From assembly GCF_041083635.1 (NCBI RefSeq), contig NZ_JBFPHB010000013.1, positions 19,529 through 83,528 on the forward strand: a DNA stretch of 64,000 nucleotides, read 5' to 3'. The position numbers were made by a program, and so were the translations under genes. This document shows positions 1 through 10,135 of this stretch, piece by piece. Position 1 is the stretch's first letter. Each line of letters begins with the position of its first letter. Below the pieces are notes generated by a model. The model did not search any database. It was given only the letters and a program-made list of their open reading frames with translations, and was not told the origin of the DNA. Source of the DNA: Leptothrix ochracea. GTDB lineage: Bacteria; Pseudomonadota; Gammaproteobacteria; Burkholderiales; Burkholderiaceae_C.

Positions 1-1136
1 GGTGGCAAATCCTTCGGATCGACCACCTGCGCCGGCGCCATCACGGTCAACCAATGGCACACATTTTCCAGCTGACGTACGTTGCCAGGAAAGTCGAAAT
101 CCATCACCCGCAGCAAAGCAGCTTCGGAAATTCGTTTCGCTTCAACACCCAATTCTTTGGCACTGCGAGCCAAGAAATGGCGCGTCAGACCAGCAATGTC
201 TTCGCGGCGTTCCCGCAAAGGTGGCAAGCGCAGGCGGATCACATTCAAGCGATGGAACAAGTCCTCGCGAAAAACCCCCTCACGCACCCGTTCTTCCAAG
301 TTTTGATGCGTGGCAGCAATCACTCGAACATGGGTCTTGATCGGCTGATGCCCCCCCACGCGGTAGTACTGCCCGTCGCTGAGCACCCGCAAAAGACGGG
401 TCTGCAAATCGAAGGGCATGTCGCCGATTTCATCCAGAAACAGCGTGCCGTTGTCGGCTTGCTCAAAACGACCCCGACGCATGGCTTGGGCGCCCGTGAA
501 GGCACCGCGCTCATGGCCAAACAGCTCGCTTTCCAGCAAGTCCTTTGGAATCGCCGCCGTATTGATCGCCACGAAGGGGCCTTCCGCGCGCGGACTGTGC
601 TTGTGCAGCGCCCGCGCCACCAGCTCCTTGCCTGAGCCCGATTCACCGGTGATCAGCACCGTGACTTGGCTCTGGCTCAGCCGCCCGATGGCACGGAAGA
701 CGTCTTGCATCGCCGGCGCCTGACCGAGCATTTCAGGCATCTCGGTGGTGCTTTCGTCGATCAGTTCTTCGCGCAAGCTTTCTTCGGCGGCCCGACGGAT
801 CAGCTCGACCGCCTTGGTCAGATCAAAGGGCTTGGGCAGATACTCGAAAGCACCGCCTTGGAAGGCCGAAACCGCGCTATCCAGGTCGGAATAAGCCGTC
901 ATGATGATCACGGGCAACCCCGGATACATCGTCTTGGCACGCCCCAGCAGGTCGATGCCCGAGCCACCCGGCATGCGGATGTCACTCACCAACACCTGCG
1001 GGGAATCCTCTTGCAAAGCGACCAAAACGTCGCGTGGGTTGGTGAAACTGCGCACGGGCAGGCCCTCCCGAGCGAGCGCCTTCTCTAAAACGAAGCGGAT
1101 AGATTGGTCGTCATCAACGATCCAGATGGATTTCAT
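1..1136 (-). CDS. ntrC: Nitrogen regulation response regulator NtrC (3' end runs off window)
   Basis: Manual translation: [49 protein letters not shown]; directly downstream of ntrB. Confidence 0.96.
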   Translation of the reverse strand, partial: MKSIWIVDDDQSIRFVLEKALAREGLPVRSFTNPRDVLVALQEDSPQVLVSDIRMPGGSGIDLLGRAKTMYPGLPVIIMTAYSDLDSAVSAFQGGAFEYLPKPFDLTKAVELIRRAAEESLREELIDESTTEMPEMLGQAPAMQDVFRAIGRLSQSQVTVLITGESGSGKELVARALHKHSPRAEGPFVAINTAAIPKDLLESELFGHERGAFTGAQAMRRGRFEQADNGTLFLDEIGDMPFDLQTRLLRVLSDGQYYRVGGHQPIKTHVRVIAATHQNLEERVREGVFREDLFHRLNVIRLRLPPLRERREDIAGLTRHFLARSAKELGVEAKRISEAALLRVMDFDFPGNVRQLENVCHWLTVMAPAQVVDPKDLP

Positions 1137-1201
1137 GTCTTGCCCGTTTCCCTTGCATGTCCTTGGCGTGTCACCGGGCCGGGCACCATGCACACCCGGA
1201 A

Positions 1202-2284
1202 TCACGGCAACGGAATCAGGATCCGAAACAACGTCCGCCCAGGTTCGCTCTCACATTCAATCGTGCCCCGGTGCTGCTGGATGAAATCCTGCGCCAGCGT
1301 CAGTCCCAAGCCCGACCCGCCGTCCCGGCCGGAAACCAGCGGGAAGAAGATGCGATCACGAATCTCGGCGGCGACGCCGGGTCCGTTGTCCTCGATATGC
1401 AATTCCAGTGCCAGTCGGTAGCGATGCAGACCAATGGTGATCTGCCGCGCTGCGCGGGTACGGAGAATGATGCGAGCCGAGCCTTCTTGGCGGCGAGCTG
1501 CCAAAGCTTGAGCAGCGTTTTGCGTCACATTGAGCACGGCTTGAATCAACTGCTCACGGTCCCCCCGGAACTCGGGCAGAGAAATATCGTAGTCGCGCAC
1601 AAGCTCCAAACCCTTGGGGCACTCGATCAGCACCAAGGCACGCACGCGCTCTAGCACCTCGTGGATATTGACGTCAGCCACCATTTGCGGCCGACGATGC
1701 GGTGCGAGCAACCGGTCCACCAAACCCTGAAGCCGATCCACCTCGTGGATGATGACTTGGGTGTATTCGATCAAGGCCTTGTCGTTGAGATCCATCTCCA
1801 ACAACTGCGCCGCTCCCCGGATACCACCGAGCGGGTTTTTGATCTCGTGCGCCAAATTACGGATCAGCTCCTTGGTCATCCGAGCCTGGTCCAAAGTCCG
1901 GGTTTCACGGTCTTGGCGAGCCTGCTGCTTGATCTCCACCACCTCCAGCAACACCTGCTGCTGACTGCGCTCGATCTGAGTCACGATCACATGCACCGGC
2001 AGCGGCTCTTGGCTCAGCACATGGGGCTGGCGCAAGCTGGCATCAAAGCGCCCGGTGCTGTATTCGTTATCGACCACAGCCTGCACGGTGCTCATGAGCA
2101 AGGAGCGCTGAATGAACCAGTCAAACACACACTGCTGCTGCAAGTGACGCCGTGGCAACCCCAAGGTGTTTTCAAACGCAGCATTGGCAAAGACGCACTG
2201 TCCTTTGACATCGATCACGGCCACCATGGTGGCGAGATGATCAAAAGCATCGAAAGCCGATGGGCTGCGCGCAAGGGTGTTCAT
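1202..2284 (-). CDS. ntrB: Nitrogen regulation sensor kinase NtrB
   Basis: PAS domain, H-box LAHEIKNPLGGIRGAAQLL, G-boxes DNGPG and GSGLGL; in glnA-ntrC context. Confidence 0.96.
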   Translation of the reverse strand: MNTLARSPSAFDAFDHLATMVAVIDVKGQCVFANAAFENTLGLPRRHLQQQCVFDWFIQRSLLMSTVQAVVDNEYSTGRFDASLRQPHVLSQEPLPVHVIVTQIERSQQQVLLEVVEIKQQARQDRETRTLDQARMTKELIRNLAHEIKNPLGGIRGAAQLLEMDLNDKALIEYTQVIIHEVDRLQGLVDRLLAPHRRPQMVADVNIHEVLERVRALVLIECPKGLELVRDYDISLPEFRGDREQLIQAVLNVTQNAAQALAARRQEGSARIILRTRAARQITIGLHRYRLALELHIEDNGPGVAAEIRDRIFFPLVSGRDGGSGLGLTLAQDFIQQHRGTIECESEPGRTLFRILIPLP

Positions 2285-2784
2285 GGCGCGGCCACTTTGG
2301 AAAGCTCACGCCGAATCGCCGCAATGTCGGCTTCTTTGCGCGCAATGGCGGCCTTCATGTCAGCGACCCGTTCTTGGTAACGCGAGAAATTACGCTCCTC
2401 GCCACGACGCTCAGGCTCGCCGCCGTTGTAATCCTTCTGCATCTGCGCCAGCCGCTCTTCGTCCTTGCGCAACTCGGCTTCCAAGATACGTCGCGCATCG
2501 CTGTCACGGGCACGCTGCTCAGCTGGATCGACCCGCACCGCACTGGCTGGGCCCGAAGCGCCTCCCGCCGCGGACGACCCCGCTCGACGAGGGGTGGACG
2601 ATTGAACGACCGTGACCGGCGCACCATCCAAGGTCTTGCAACCCCGGGCCGCAGCCTCTTTGACACTGATCTGATCGGTGTACAGATTGCCGGGGCATCG
2701 GTACACCTGACGGTCCTGAGCATGGGCCGAGCTCAAGGTCAAGCCCAACACACCAGCAACAGACCACAGCACGATGCGTGACAT
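2281..2784 (-). CDS. Secreted DUF4124-like protein with C-terminal coiled coil
   Basis: Signal peptide, VYRCPG..YTD motif, coiled-coil tail; 4-bp overlap with ntrB start. Confidence 0.7.
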   Translation of the reverse strand: MSRIVLWSVAGVLGLTLSSAHAQDRQVYRCPGNLYTDQISVKEAAARGCKTLDGAPVTVVQSSTPRRAGSSAAGGASGPASAVRVDPAEQRARDSDARRILEAELRKDEERLAQMQKDYNGGEPERRGEERNFSRYQERVADMKAAIARKEADIAAIRRELSKVAAP

Positions 2785-2832
2785 TCAATGAACTCCAGTG
2801 ATCATGATTTCCAAGCGAGGCGAGTATGGCGC

Positions 2833-2863
2833 AAAAAAAGAGACGGCCTTGGCGGCCGTCTCT
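2833..2863 (-). terminator. Intrinsic terminator after glnA
   Basis: AGAGACGGCC-ttggc-GGCCGTCTCT hairpin with an A-run on + strand (U-run on - strand). Confidence 0.75.
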
Positions 2864-2911
2864 CGTCGTGTGCGCGAGCAAGTTGGCCGCCTTAGGAGCG
2901 ACCAAAAAGCC

Positions 2912-4327
2912 TCACAGACTGTAGTACATGTCGAACTCGATCGGATGAGTTGTCATGCGCATGCGCGTGACTTCTTGCATCTTCAACTCGATGTAGGCAT
3001 CAATGTACGAATCGGTGAACACGCCACCCTTGGTCAGGAAGGCACGACCCTTGTCCAAGTATTCGAGCGACTGCTCCAAGCTCGAGCACACGGTCGGGAT
3101 CAGCGCGTCTTCTTCTGGCGGCAGGTGATACAGATCCTTCGTGGCGGGCTCGCCCGGATGGATCTTGTTTTCCACGCCGTCCAGACCGGCCATCAACAGC
3201 GCGGCAAAACCCAAGTACGGGTTCATCAAAGGATCGGGGAAACGGGCTTCGACGCGACGGCCCTTCGGGTTCGGCACGTGCGGGATACGGATCGAAGCCG
3301 AGCGGTTCTTGGCCGAGTAAGCCAACTTCACCGGAGCTTCGTAACCCGGCACCAAACGCTTGTAGCTGTTGGTGCCCGGGTTGGTGATCGCGTTCAGCGC
3401 GCGAGCGTGCTTGATGATGCCGCCGATGTAGTACAGGGCGAATTCCGACAGACCTGCATAGCCGTCGCCAGCGAACAAGTTCTTGCCGTCTTTCCACACC
3501 GACTGGTGCACGTGCATGCCGCTACCGTTGTCGCCAACGATGGGCTTGGGCATGAACGTGGCGGTCTTGCCGTAGGCTGCCGCGACGTTATGGATGATGT
3601 ACTTTTGCAGCTGAACCCAGTCAGCGCGCTGGATCAGCGTGCTGAACTTGGTGCCGATTTCCATCTGACCCGCGTTGGCCACTTCGTGGTGATGCACTTC
3701 AACCGGGATGCCCATGGCTTCCAAGATCAAGCACATTTCCGAACGCATGTCTTGGCCGGAATCGACCGGGGGCACGGGGAAGTAGCCGCCCTTGACGGTC
3801 GGGCGGAAGCCCTTGTTGCCGTGCTCGTAGTCCTTGCCGGTGTTCCAAGCCGCTTCTTCCGATTCGATCGAAACGAAGCAACCCGACATATCGGCGTTCC
3901 AACGCACGCTGTCGAAGACGAAGAATTCAGGTTCCGGACCGAAGTAGGCGGTGTCGCCCAAGCCGGTGGACTTCATGTAGGCTTCGGCGCGCTTGGCCAA
4001 GGAGCGCGGATCGCGCTCGTAGGGCTTGCCGTCACCCGGCTCGATCACATCACAGGTGAGGATCAGGGTCGGTTCATCGAAGAACGGGTCGATGTTGGCG
4101 GTATTGGGATCCGGCAACAGGATCATGTCCGAAGCTTCGATGCCCTTCCAGCCAGCGATCGAAGATCCGTCGAACGCATGACCCGACGCGAATTTGTCTT
4201 CGTCAAAAGCAGAAATGGGCACGGAAACGTGCTGTTCCTTGCCACGGGTGTCTGTGAAGCGGAAATCAACGAACTTGACTTCGTTTTCTTTCACCAGCTT
4301 CATCACGTCGGCGACGTTCTTGGCCAT
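2912..4327 (-). CDS. glnA: Glutamine synthetase type I
   Basis: [33 protein letters not shown], adenylylation region [10 protein letters not shown]; start taken at MAKNV. Confidence 0.98.
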   Translation of the reverse strand: MAKNVADVMKLVKENEVKFVDFRFTDTRGKEQHVSVPISAFDEDKFASGHAFDGSSIAGWKGIEASDMILLPDPNTANIDPFFDEPTLILTCDVIEPGDGKPYERDPRSLAKRAEAYMKSTGLGDTAYFGPEPEFFVFDSVRWNADMSGCFVSIESEEAAWNTGKDYEHGNKGFRPTVKGGYFPVPPVDSGQDMRSEMCLILEAMGIPVEVHHHEVANAGQMEIGTKFSTLIQRADWVQLQKYIIHNVAAAYGKTATFMPKPIVGDNGSGMHVHQSVWKDGKNLFAGDGYAGLSEFALYYIGGIIKHARALNAITNPGTNSYKRLVPGYEAPVKLAYSAKNRSASIRIPHVPNPKGRRVEARFPDPLMNPYLGFAALLMAGLDGVENKIHPGEPATKDLYHLPPEEDALIPTVCSSLEQSLEYLDKGRAFLTKGGVFTDSYIDAYIELKMQEVTRMRMTTHPIEFDMYYSL

Positions 4328-4407
4328 CAGAGGGCTCCTAGGGAGATGAAAAATATGCGTTGAGCGGTAGTGTGTCCCGCGCTGTGCAACGGGGCGCCCG
4401 GCAATGT

Positions 4408-4424
4408 AGCAGAAAGCATGCCGC
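4408..4424 (-). promoter_or_regulatory. sigma54 (-24/-12) promoter of glnA
   Basis: Minus strand CGGCATGCTTTCTGCT = GG-N10-GC, about 80 nt upstream of ATG. Confidence 0.8.
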
Positions 4425-4483
4425 CGACCCAAGCGGCCTCATGGAAGCGAATCCGCACGCGCCCGGGCCGCATGGACCCGCAT

Positions 4484-4556
4484 TGCACCACATTGGTGCA
4501 AACAAGGGCACCAATGCCGAGCAGGAGCGCTCAAGCACCGCGCACCATTTCGGGGC
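4484..4556. promoter_or_regulatory. NtrC enhancer sites
   Basis: Perfect TGCACCA-CAT-TGGTGCA palindrome at 4484-4500; weaker GCACCA-led sites near 4507 and 4540. Confidence 0.85.
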
Positions 4557-5361
4557 CAAGCTTGGCAGACACCTGCACCAAGCCCTGTTTCAAAGCATCG
4601 AAGGCCGCCAGCAGCTGTGGGTCACGCCCTTTGACACCCAATTCGATGTGCCGCCCGTACTGCGGGTGATCGACGCTGGGCAAACTGAACACCTTGATGC
4701 CCGCAAAACTGGCTTCGATCTCGATCATCAGCGGCGTGAGACTGGCCTCCATCGCCCCGAAAACGATCACGGAGCGTTCCCCTTGCGCTTGGCCGCCGTG
4801 CAACGCCGCGTAGCGACCGTCCAGCAAGGCCTCGATCATCGGATGCGCCATCACCGGGAATCCGGGCACGAAATGCACACTGCCCACCGAGAAACCAGCA
4901 ATCCGGTTGTAGGGGTTCGGAATGATCTCGGCCCCAGCGGGGAAATACGCCATGTTCAGGCGATGGATGTTGTCCGGATGCTCCGGCTGATAGGCCTCGC
5001 CACGCTGCTCGGCCAGTTCACGCATGCGCTCGTGGATCAGCTCAACCGCTTGCGGATGCGCCTCCAGCGGCCGACCCAAGGCTTGGGCGGCACATGCGCG
5101 CGTGTGGTCGTCAGGCGTGGCGCCGATACCACCACAGCAAAACACCACATCCCCGCTGGCAAAGGCGTCCTGCAAAGCCGCCGTGATGCGCGACCGGTCG
5201 TCACCGACATAGCGCACCGCGTCCAGCATCAACCCGCGCGCCGTCAGCAACTCGATGACTTTGGCCATGTGCCGATCTTGGCGCTTGCCCGAGAGAATTT
5301 CGTCGCCCACGATGATCAACGCAAAACGCGGGGCAGCTTGGGGAGGAGAGACAGCCGTCAT
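4531..5361 (-). CDS. CinA-like / molybdopterin-binding domain protein
   Basis: IIVGDEILSGKRQD, GGIGATPDDHT, PGFP; start at MTAVS. Confidence 0.85.
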   Translation of the reverse strand: MTAVSPPQAAPRFALIIVGDEILSGKRQDRHMAKVIELLTARGLMLDAVRYVGDDRSRITAALQDAFASGDVVFCCGGIGATPDDHTRACAAQALGRPLEAHPQAVELIHERMRELAEQRGEAYQPEHPDNIHRLNMAYFPAGAEIIPNPYNRIAGFSVGSVHFVPGFPVMAHPMIEALLDGRYAALHGGQAQGERSVIVFGAMEASLTPLMIEIEASFAGIKVFSLPSVDHPQYGRHIELGVKGRDPQLLAAFDALKQGLVQVSAKLGPEMVRGA

Positions 5362-6347
5362 GAACGATCTTTCTTGAAAAACAGCAACCGCTTCAACCCC
5401 AACCACTGCTGAGCCCAAAAGCCCTCGCCGTAGTCGCGCCCGCCCGCTTCGGGTGCTTGATCGCGGATGCCGGTGGGCTCGTTGCCACCGTCAAAACGGG
5501 CCGTGCGAAAGAGCATGTCCCACACCGGCAGCAGCACCGCAAAATTGTGCCCACCCAGCGTGCCTTGGCCTTGGGACTCGTGGCCGATACCAACGCCGTG
5601 ATGCACACGGTGGAACCGGGGCCCAACCACCAAGCGCGCACCCAACCAGCCAAAAGACAAGCGGGCATTGGCGTGCGACAGGTTCTCGACCAACTGCGTA
5701 CACGCCACCACCGCCACAAACTGCCCCGGAGCCACGCCGATCGCATGGCCCAGCGTCACCATCAAGGCGTCGCGCAGCAGATCGTCGAGCAAGTGATTGC
5801 GGCTGTCGGTCCACATCGTCATCTGGCGCTGGCTGTGGTGCACAGCATGCAAGGCCCACCACCAGTTGAAACGGTGCTGCGCCCGGTGCAAGCCGTAATC
5901 GGCCAAGTCAAAGGCCACCAAGTAGACCAAAAAGCCCGCCAGCGCCGTATCGGTCACCCCGACCCACAGCGGGGCAACCCAAGCGTCAAGCTGCACGCCC
6001 GCCACACCTTGCACCGCCAACCAGCCCCAGAGATCGTTCCAAAACGGATCGACCGTGAAGAACAAGGCCAGCCGGATCAGCCCCAAGCGGTGCAGCAGGG
6101 TGTAGAGCACATCGACGCGCACGGCGCGTTGATCAGGCCAGACTTCAATCGGCCGCCAACGCTGCAAGGGCCCGATCAGCGCCAGCATCACCGCCAGCTG
6201 GATCAGCCCCACCAGCAGCCAGCCGGTGGCGTCATAGGCGTCTTCGAGGATGGAGCCACCGCCCGTGGCAAACACCAGCGGCTGCACCACGTGCTCGAAC
6301 AAGGTTTGCTGCGCCGCTGAAAACGCCGACGTCAGAGCATCGATCAT
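5358..6347 (-). CDS. Sterol desaturase / fatty acid hydroxylase family membrane enzyme
   Basis: His boxes HRAQH, HAVHH, HRVHH plus TM helices. Confidence 0.85.
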   Translation of the reverse strand: MIDALTSAFSAAQQTLFEHVVQPLVFATGGGSILEDAYDATGWLLVGLIQLAVMLALIGPLQRWRPIEVWPDQRAVRVDVLYTLLHRLGLIRLALFFTVDPFWNDLWGWLAVQGVAGVQLDAWVAPLWVGVTDTALAGFLVYLVAFDLADYGLHRAQHRFNWWWALHAVHHSQRQMTMWTDSRNHLLDDLLRDALMVTLGHAIGVAPGQFVAVVACTQLVENLSHANARLSFGWLGARLVVGPRFHRVHHGVGIGHESQGQGTLGGHNFAVLLPVWDMLFRTARFDGGNEPTGIRDQAPEAGGRDYGEGFWAQQWLGLKRLLFFKKDRS

Positions 6348-6363
6348 CGCCACACCCGTTTCT

Positions 6364-7245
6364 TCAGAGCTTCACACCAGCGTTCACACCGGCTTTTACA
6401 CCGGCCTTCACACCCCCCGTGCGAATCCAGTCCCGGTAATCGGGATGCTCTGCCAAGGTGGCAAAGCAGTAGCCTTTTTTCAGCAAACCCGTGACCAGCG
6501 GCTCAAGCACCGCCGGTGCCCAAGGGTCTTGGCGCGACCAGATCCCTAAGTGCGCCGCCAAGATGTCGCCGGGGCGAATGTCGCGCAGCGCCTTGGCCAG
6601 CAGCTGGGCGTTGGGATAGCGCTCGCTGGGCAATTCATCGCCCAAAAAGCCCGCTGGGCTCCACGGCACCATGCGATAGCCGCATTGCTTGGCAGCCGCC
6701 TCCAACTGCGGTGACACCTTGCCACCGGGGGCGCGAAAGATCGGCGCGATGCTGCGCCCGCCGCTCATCTCGGCAAACCGCTGGGCCGGCCGATTCAGTT
6801 CGGTGCAGAACTGGGTGGCATCCCAAACCTGCGTCTTGCCAGCCTGCGGACCAAACGACGCCTTCATCTCAAAGCGCCCATCTGGCAGATCGCGCCGCCA
6901 GCCCACGTGATCCCACGTGTGGCTGCCAAAAAGGTGGCCTTCGTCGGCGCGCGCCTTCCACCACGGTGCCCAGTGGTCGTCGAGGCTGCCGCCATCGGCG
7001 GTGCGCTCGTTGGCCATGAAGAAAGTCACCTTGATCTGATGGCGCTGCAAGACCTCAGCGATCAGCGGTGCCACGCCCATGTGGCCGGTGTCAAAGGTCA
7101 GAAAAATGGGTTTGGCGCAACGGGGCGGGTTGAGCAGCGCGGGCTCCACCGGAGCCGCCATCGCCGACCCCATGGAAGCGACCGCACCCGCCGCCATCAA
7201 AGCGACCACGGCCTGGCCAAGCCCACAACGCGACAGAAGATTCAT
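6364..7245 (-). CDS. Secreted polysaccharide deacetylase (CE4/NodB-like)
   Basis: Signal peptide, LTFDTG, GSHTWDH, FRAPGG. Confidence 0.8.
   Translation of the reverse strand: MNLLSRCGLGQAVVALMAAGAVASMGSAMAAPVEPALLNPPRCAKPIFLTFDTGHMGVAPLIAEVLQRHQIKVTFFMANERTADGGSLDDHWAPWWKARADEGHLFGSHTWDHVGWRRDLPDGRFEMKASFGPQAGKTQVWDATQFCTELNRPAQRFAEMSGGRSIAPIFRAPGGKVSPQLEAAAKQCGYRMVPWSPAGFLGDELPSERYPNAQLLAKALRDIRPGDILAAHLGIWSRQDPWAPAVLEPLVTGLLKKGYCFATLAEHPDYRDWIRTGGVKAGVKAGVNAGVKL
6371..6418. repeat. Four degenerate 12-bp tandem units in the deacetylase 3' end
   Basis: ttcacaccagcg / ttcacaccggct / tttacaccggcc / ttcacacccccc, encoding GVKA/GVNA repeats. Confidence 0.8.
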
Positions 7246-7254
7246 ACAAGCGCC

Positions 7255-8328
7255 TTATTGACGGGGGGCGTGATCCAGCATCCAAACCCCATGGGGCGAT
7301 TTGCCCACATTGATTTGCTGCACCACTTTCTTCGACGCCGTGTCGATCACCGTGAGCTTGCGCGCCCAGCGCGAAGCCACATAGATGAACTTGCGGTCGG
7401 CCGACAAATCCATGCAATCGGGACCACTCGGCCCCGGATAAGTGTCGGTCACACTCAGGGTTTGGATGTCGATGCGACTGATGGAGTTGGCCACGCGGTT
7501 GCTCACCAGCACATGGCGCTTGTCGCCCCAAGCGCGGAAAGCGTGCGCGCCGTCGCCGGTCGGGATGCGCTTGATCAGCTTGGGCTCGGCCCCTTGCACG
7601 TCCCACGCCTCGACCACCGAGTCCCCCGTCAAACCAACCAACAAGGTTTTGTCATCGGCACTGAGAAACACGTCGGCCGGCATCTTGCCCGAGGGGTGCG
7701 TCCAACGCGGGGTTTGGGTGGCCAAATCAATGGCGATCAGCTGGTCGCTGTCTTGCAAGCTGGCGTAAACCACCGTGCTTTTGCTGTCGATGATCACGTG
7801 GCTCGGCGTTTTACCTGCCGGCACGCGCTTGGCCAGTTGCAGCTCGAAGCCGCCCCCTGCCGGACGAATCACCTTGTAGATATCGATGTGGTTGAGCCGA
7901 TTGGCGGCGGTCACAAACCACTTCATGTCGGGTGAAAAACGCAGCTGATAGGGATCGACGATGTCGTTGATCGTGCGTTGGATATCGCCCGTGCGCGGAT
8001 CAACCAAGGTGAGCGAATTGCCCAGCGCATTGGCCACCAAGAGCGATTTCTCGTCCGGCGAAAGGTAGAGGTGATGCGGCTCTTTGCCCACCGGCACGCG
8101 CTTGATCTCAGTCAGCGCCACCGGATCAATCACGCTCAGCGTGGCGTCGAGCGAGTTGAGGACAAATATCGGCGTCTTGGCGGACGCAGCGGTTGAGGCC
8201 GCTGGCGCCGCCGCGCCCCCTTGGGCTTGGGCCGACATCCACACCCCCAAGCTCAAGCCCAAACTCAGGCCAACCCACCGTGCCATCGATGACCCGTCAC
8301 GGCGGCCACCCATCTTCGTCAAACCCAT
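7255..8328 (-). CDS. Secreted YncE/YVTN-type beta-propeller protein
   Basis: Repeated blades (VPVGKEPHHL, VPAGKTPSHV, IPTGDGAH, INVGKSPHGV) and signal peptide; true start may be 8286. Confidence 0.85.
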   Translation of the reverse strand: MGLTKMGGRRDGSSMARWVGLSLGLSLGVWMSAQAQGGAAAPAASTAASAKTPIFVLNSLDATLSVIDPVALTEIKRVPVGKEPHHLYLSPDEKSLLVANALGNSLTLVDPRTGDIQRTINDIVDPYQLRFSPDMKWFVTAANRLNHIDIYKVIRPAGGGFELQLAKRVPAGKTPSHVIIDSKSTVVYASLQDSDQLIAIDLATQTPRWTHPSGKMPADVFLSADDKTLLVGLTGDSVVEAWDVQGAEPKLIKRIPTGDGAHAFRAWGDKRHVLVSNRVANSISRIDIQTLSVTDTYPGPSGPDCMDLSADRKFIYVASRWARKLTVIDTASKKVVQQINVGKSPHGVWMLDHAPRQ

Positions 8329-8366
8329 ATCGTCCTTGTTGATCGATTCAGAACATCAAAAAGCGC

Positions 8367-9149
8367 TCAATGCGCATGCATACCGCTCACGATAAGCGAG
8401 ATTGACCCCAGTCCAGCCGCCAACCAGATCAATTGCGACAAGGTTTCGCGCCAGTGCAGGCGGCGTTGCAACTGCGGGATCAAATCGGCCACCGCGATGT
8501 AGATGAAACTGCTTGATGCGGCCACCAGAAAATACGGCAGCAGGTCCTGAAAAGGTCCGATGACGTAATACCCCAACACCCCACCCACCACCGCAGCCAC
8601 CCCGGAGAGCGCGTTGTAAAGCAAGGCCCGGGTGCGAGAGAAGCCAGCGTTAAGCAACACGATGGTGTCGCCCACTTCCTGGGGAATCTCATGGGCAATC
8701 GCTGCAATCGCCGTGATCCAGCCCAGTTGAACGTCGGTCAGGAACGCCGCAGCGATCAAGATACCGTCGCAGAAGTTGTGGATGCTGTCGCCCACCAGCA
8801 CGCTCCAGCCACCGCGCCCCGCTTGCTGCGCGTCAAACCCGTGATGGTGATGATGGGCCGGGTCATCGCCTTCGTGGTGGTGACCGTGGCGATAAAGCTC
8901 GGCCTTTTCGAGCATGAAGAAAAACAGCAGGCCCACGAGCAGGGTCAGAAAAAGCTCATGGGCATCGGCATGGCTTTCAAACGCTTCCGGCAAAACATGC
9001 AACAGGGCCGTCCCAAGCAACACCCCGGTCGAGAGGCTGACCATGTGCGGCACCACGCGCCCCAGCACCTGATACGTCAGAAATGCGGCAATAAAGACCG
9101 ACAGCACACCACCTGCAAAGGTGGCCAACACGATGAACAACAGGGTCAT
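8367..9149 (-). CDS. ZIP family metal transporter
   Basis: His-rich loop HGHHHEGDDPAHHHHHG, HNFCDG, HEIPQE. Confidence 0.9.
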   Translation of the reverse strand: MTLLFIVLATFAGGVLSVFIAAFLTYQVLGRVVPHMVSLSTGVLLGTALLHVLPEAFESHADAHELFLTLLVGLLFFFMLEKAELYRHGHHHEGDDPAHHHHHGFDAQQAGRGGWSVLVGDSIHNFCDGILIAAAFLTDVQLGWITAIAAIAHEIPQEVGDTIVLLNAGFSRTRALLYNALSGVAAVVGGVLGYYVIGPFQDLLPYFLVAASSSFIYIAVADLIPQLQRRLHWRETLSQLIWLAAGLGSISLIVSGMHAH

Positions 9150-9167
9150 GCAATCTTTCTGGGGTGA

Positions 9168-10073
9168 TCAAGCCACGCCATGGGAACGCAGCCATGCGAG
9201 GCTACGCCGCCAACCGTCCTCGGCCGCTTCTTTGCGATAACTCGGGCGGTAATCCGCGTGAAAAGCGTGAGGGGCATCAGGGTAAACCACGAAATCGGAG
9301 GCTTGGGCCGCTTTGGTCCCCTTTGCTAAGCCTAACTTCATTTGTTCGACCTGCGCCAACGGAATACCGACATCCTGCCCGCCATACAACCCCAGGACCG
9401 GCGCAAACAACTTGGCCGCAACATCCAGCGGATGCACCGGTGAGCGCTCATTCACCGGACCCGTCAAACGGCCATACCAAGCCACCGCCGCTTTGAGACG
9501 CGGGTTATGTGCGGCATAAAGCCAACTGATGCGCCCGCCCCAGCAAAAGCCGCTCACCCCCAAGCGATTCAGATCGCCGCCTTGGGTCGTGGCCCAAGCC
9601 GCGCAAGCGTCCAAATCAGCCAACACTTGAGCATCGGGCACTTTCGAAACCACCTCGCTCATCAGCTTGGCGATTTCGCCATAGCTGCCCGCATCGCCTT
9701 GACGGGCGAAAAGTTCAGGGGCCACCACCAAATAGCCTTGGTGGGCCAAGCGGCGTGCCACATCCGCGATGTACGCATGGACGCCGAATATTTCACTCGC
9801 CAAAAGCACCACCGGCCATGGCCCGGGACCTGTCGGCACTGCACGATAGGCCGGCATTTGGAAATCAGCCACCGCGATCGTCACCTCTCCTGCCACCAAA
9901 CCACGGGTATCGGTATGCTGGGCGGTCTGCGCCAAAACGGGCAAAACAGCCGCTGCAAAACCAACACCTAATCCAGTGCGCACAAAATCGCGCCTGTTGT
10001 AATTCTGTGACGGCGTCGGTGCGTCAATTTCCAAGGGACGGGCATCATCACGATCCATAACGATTTCTTTCAT
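9168..10073 (-). CDS. Dienelactone hydrolase family protein
   Basis: EIFGV, GFCWGG nucleophile elbow, HAFHADYRPSY; Tat-like RRDF N-terminus. Confidence 0.9.
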   Translation of the reverse strand: MKEIVMDRDDARPLEIDAPTPSQNYNRRDFVRTGLGVGFAAAVLPVLAQTAQHTDTRGLVAGEVTIAVADFQMPAYRAVPTGPGPWPVVLLASEIFGVHAYIADVARRLAHQGYLVVAPELFARQGDAGSYGEIAKLMSEVVSKVPDAQVLADLDACAAWATTQGGDLNRLGVSGFCWGGRISWLYAAHNPRLKAAVAWYGRLTGPVNERSPVHPLDVAAKLFAPVLGLYGGQDVGIPLAQVEQMKLGLAKGTKAAQASDFVVYPDAPHAFHADYRPSYRKEAAEDGWRRSLAWLRSHGVA

Positions 10074-10135
10074 GCGCTGGGGTCGCCATTCTAGGAATTC
10101 AACCCTTGCTCTGCACCACAGGGACTCTTCGGACC

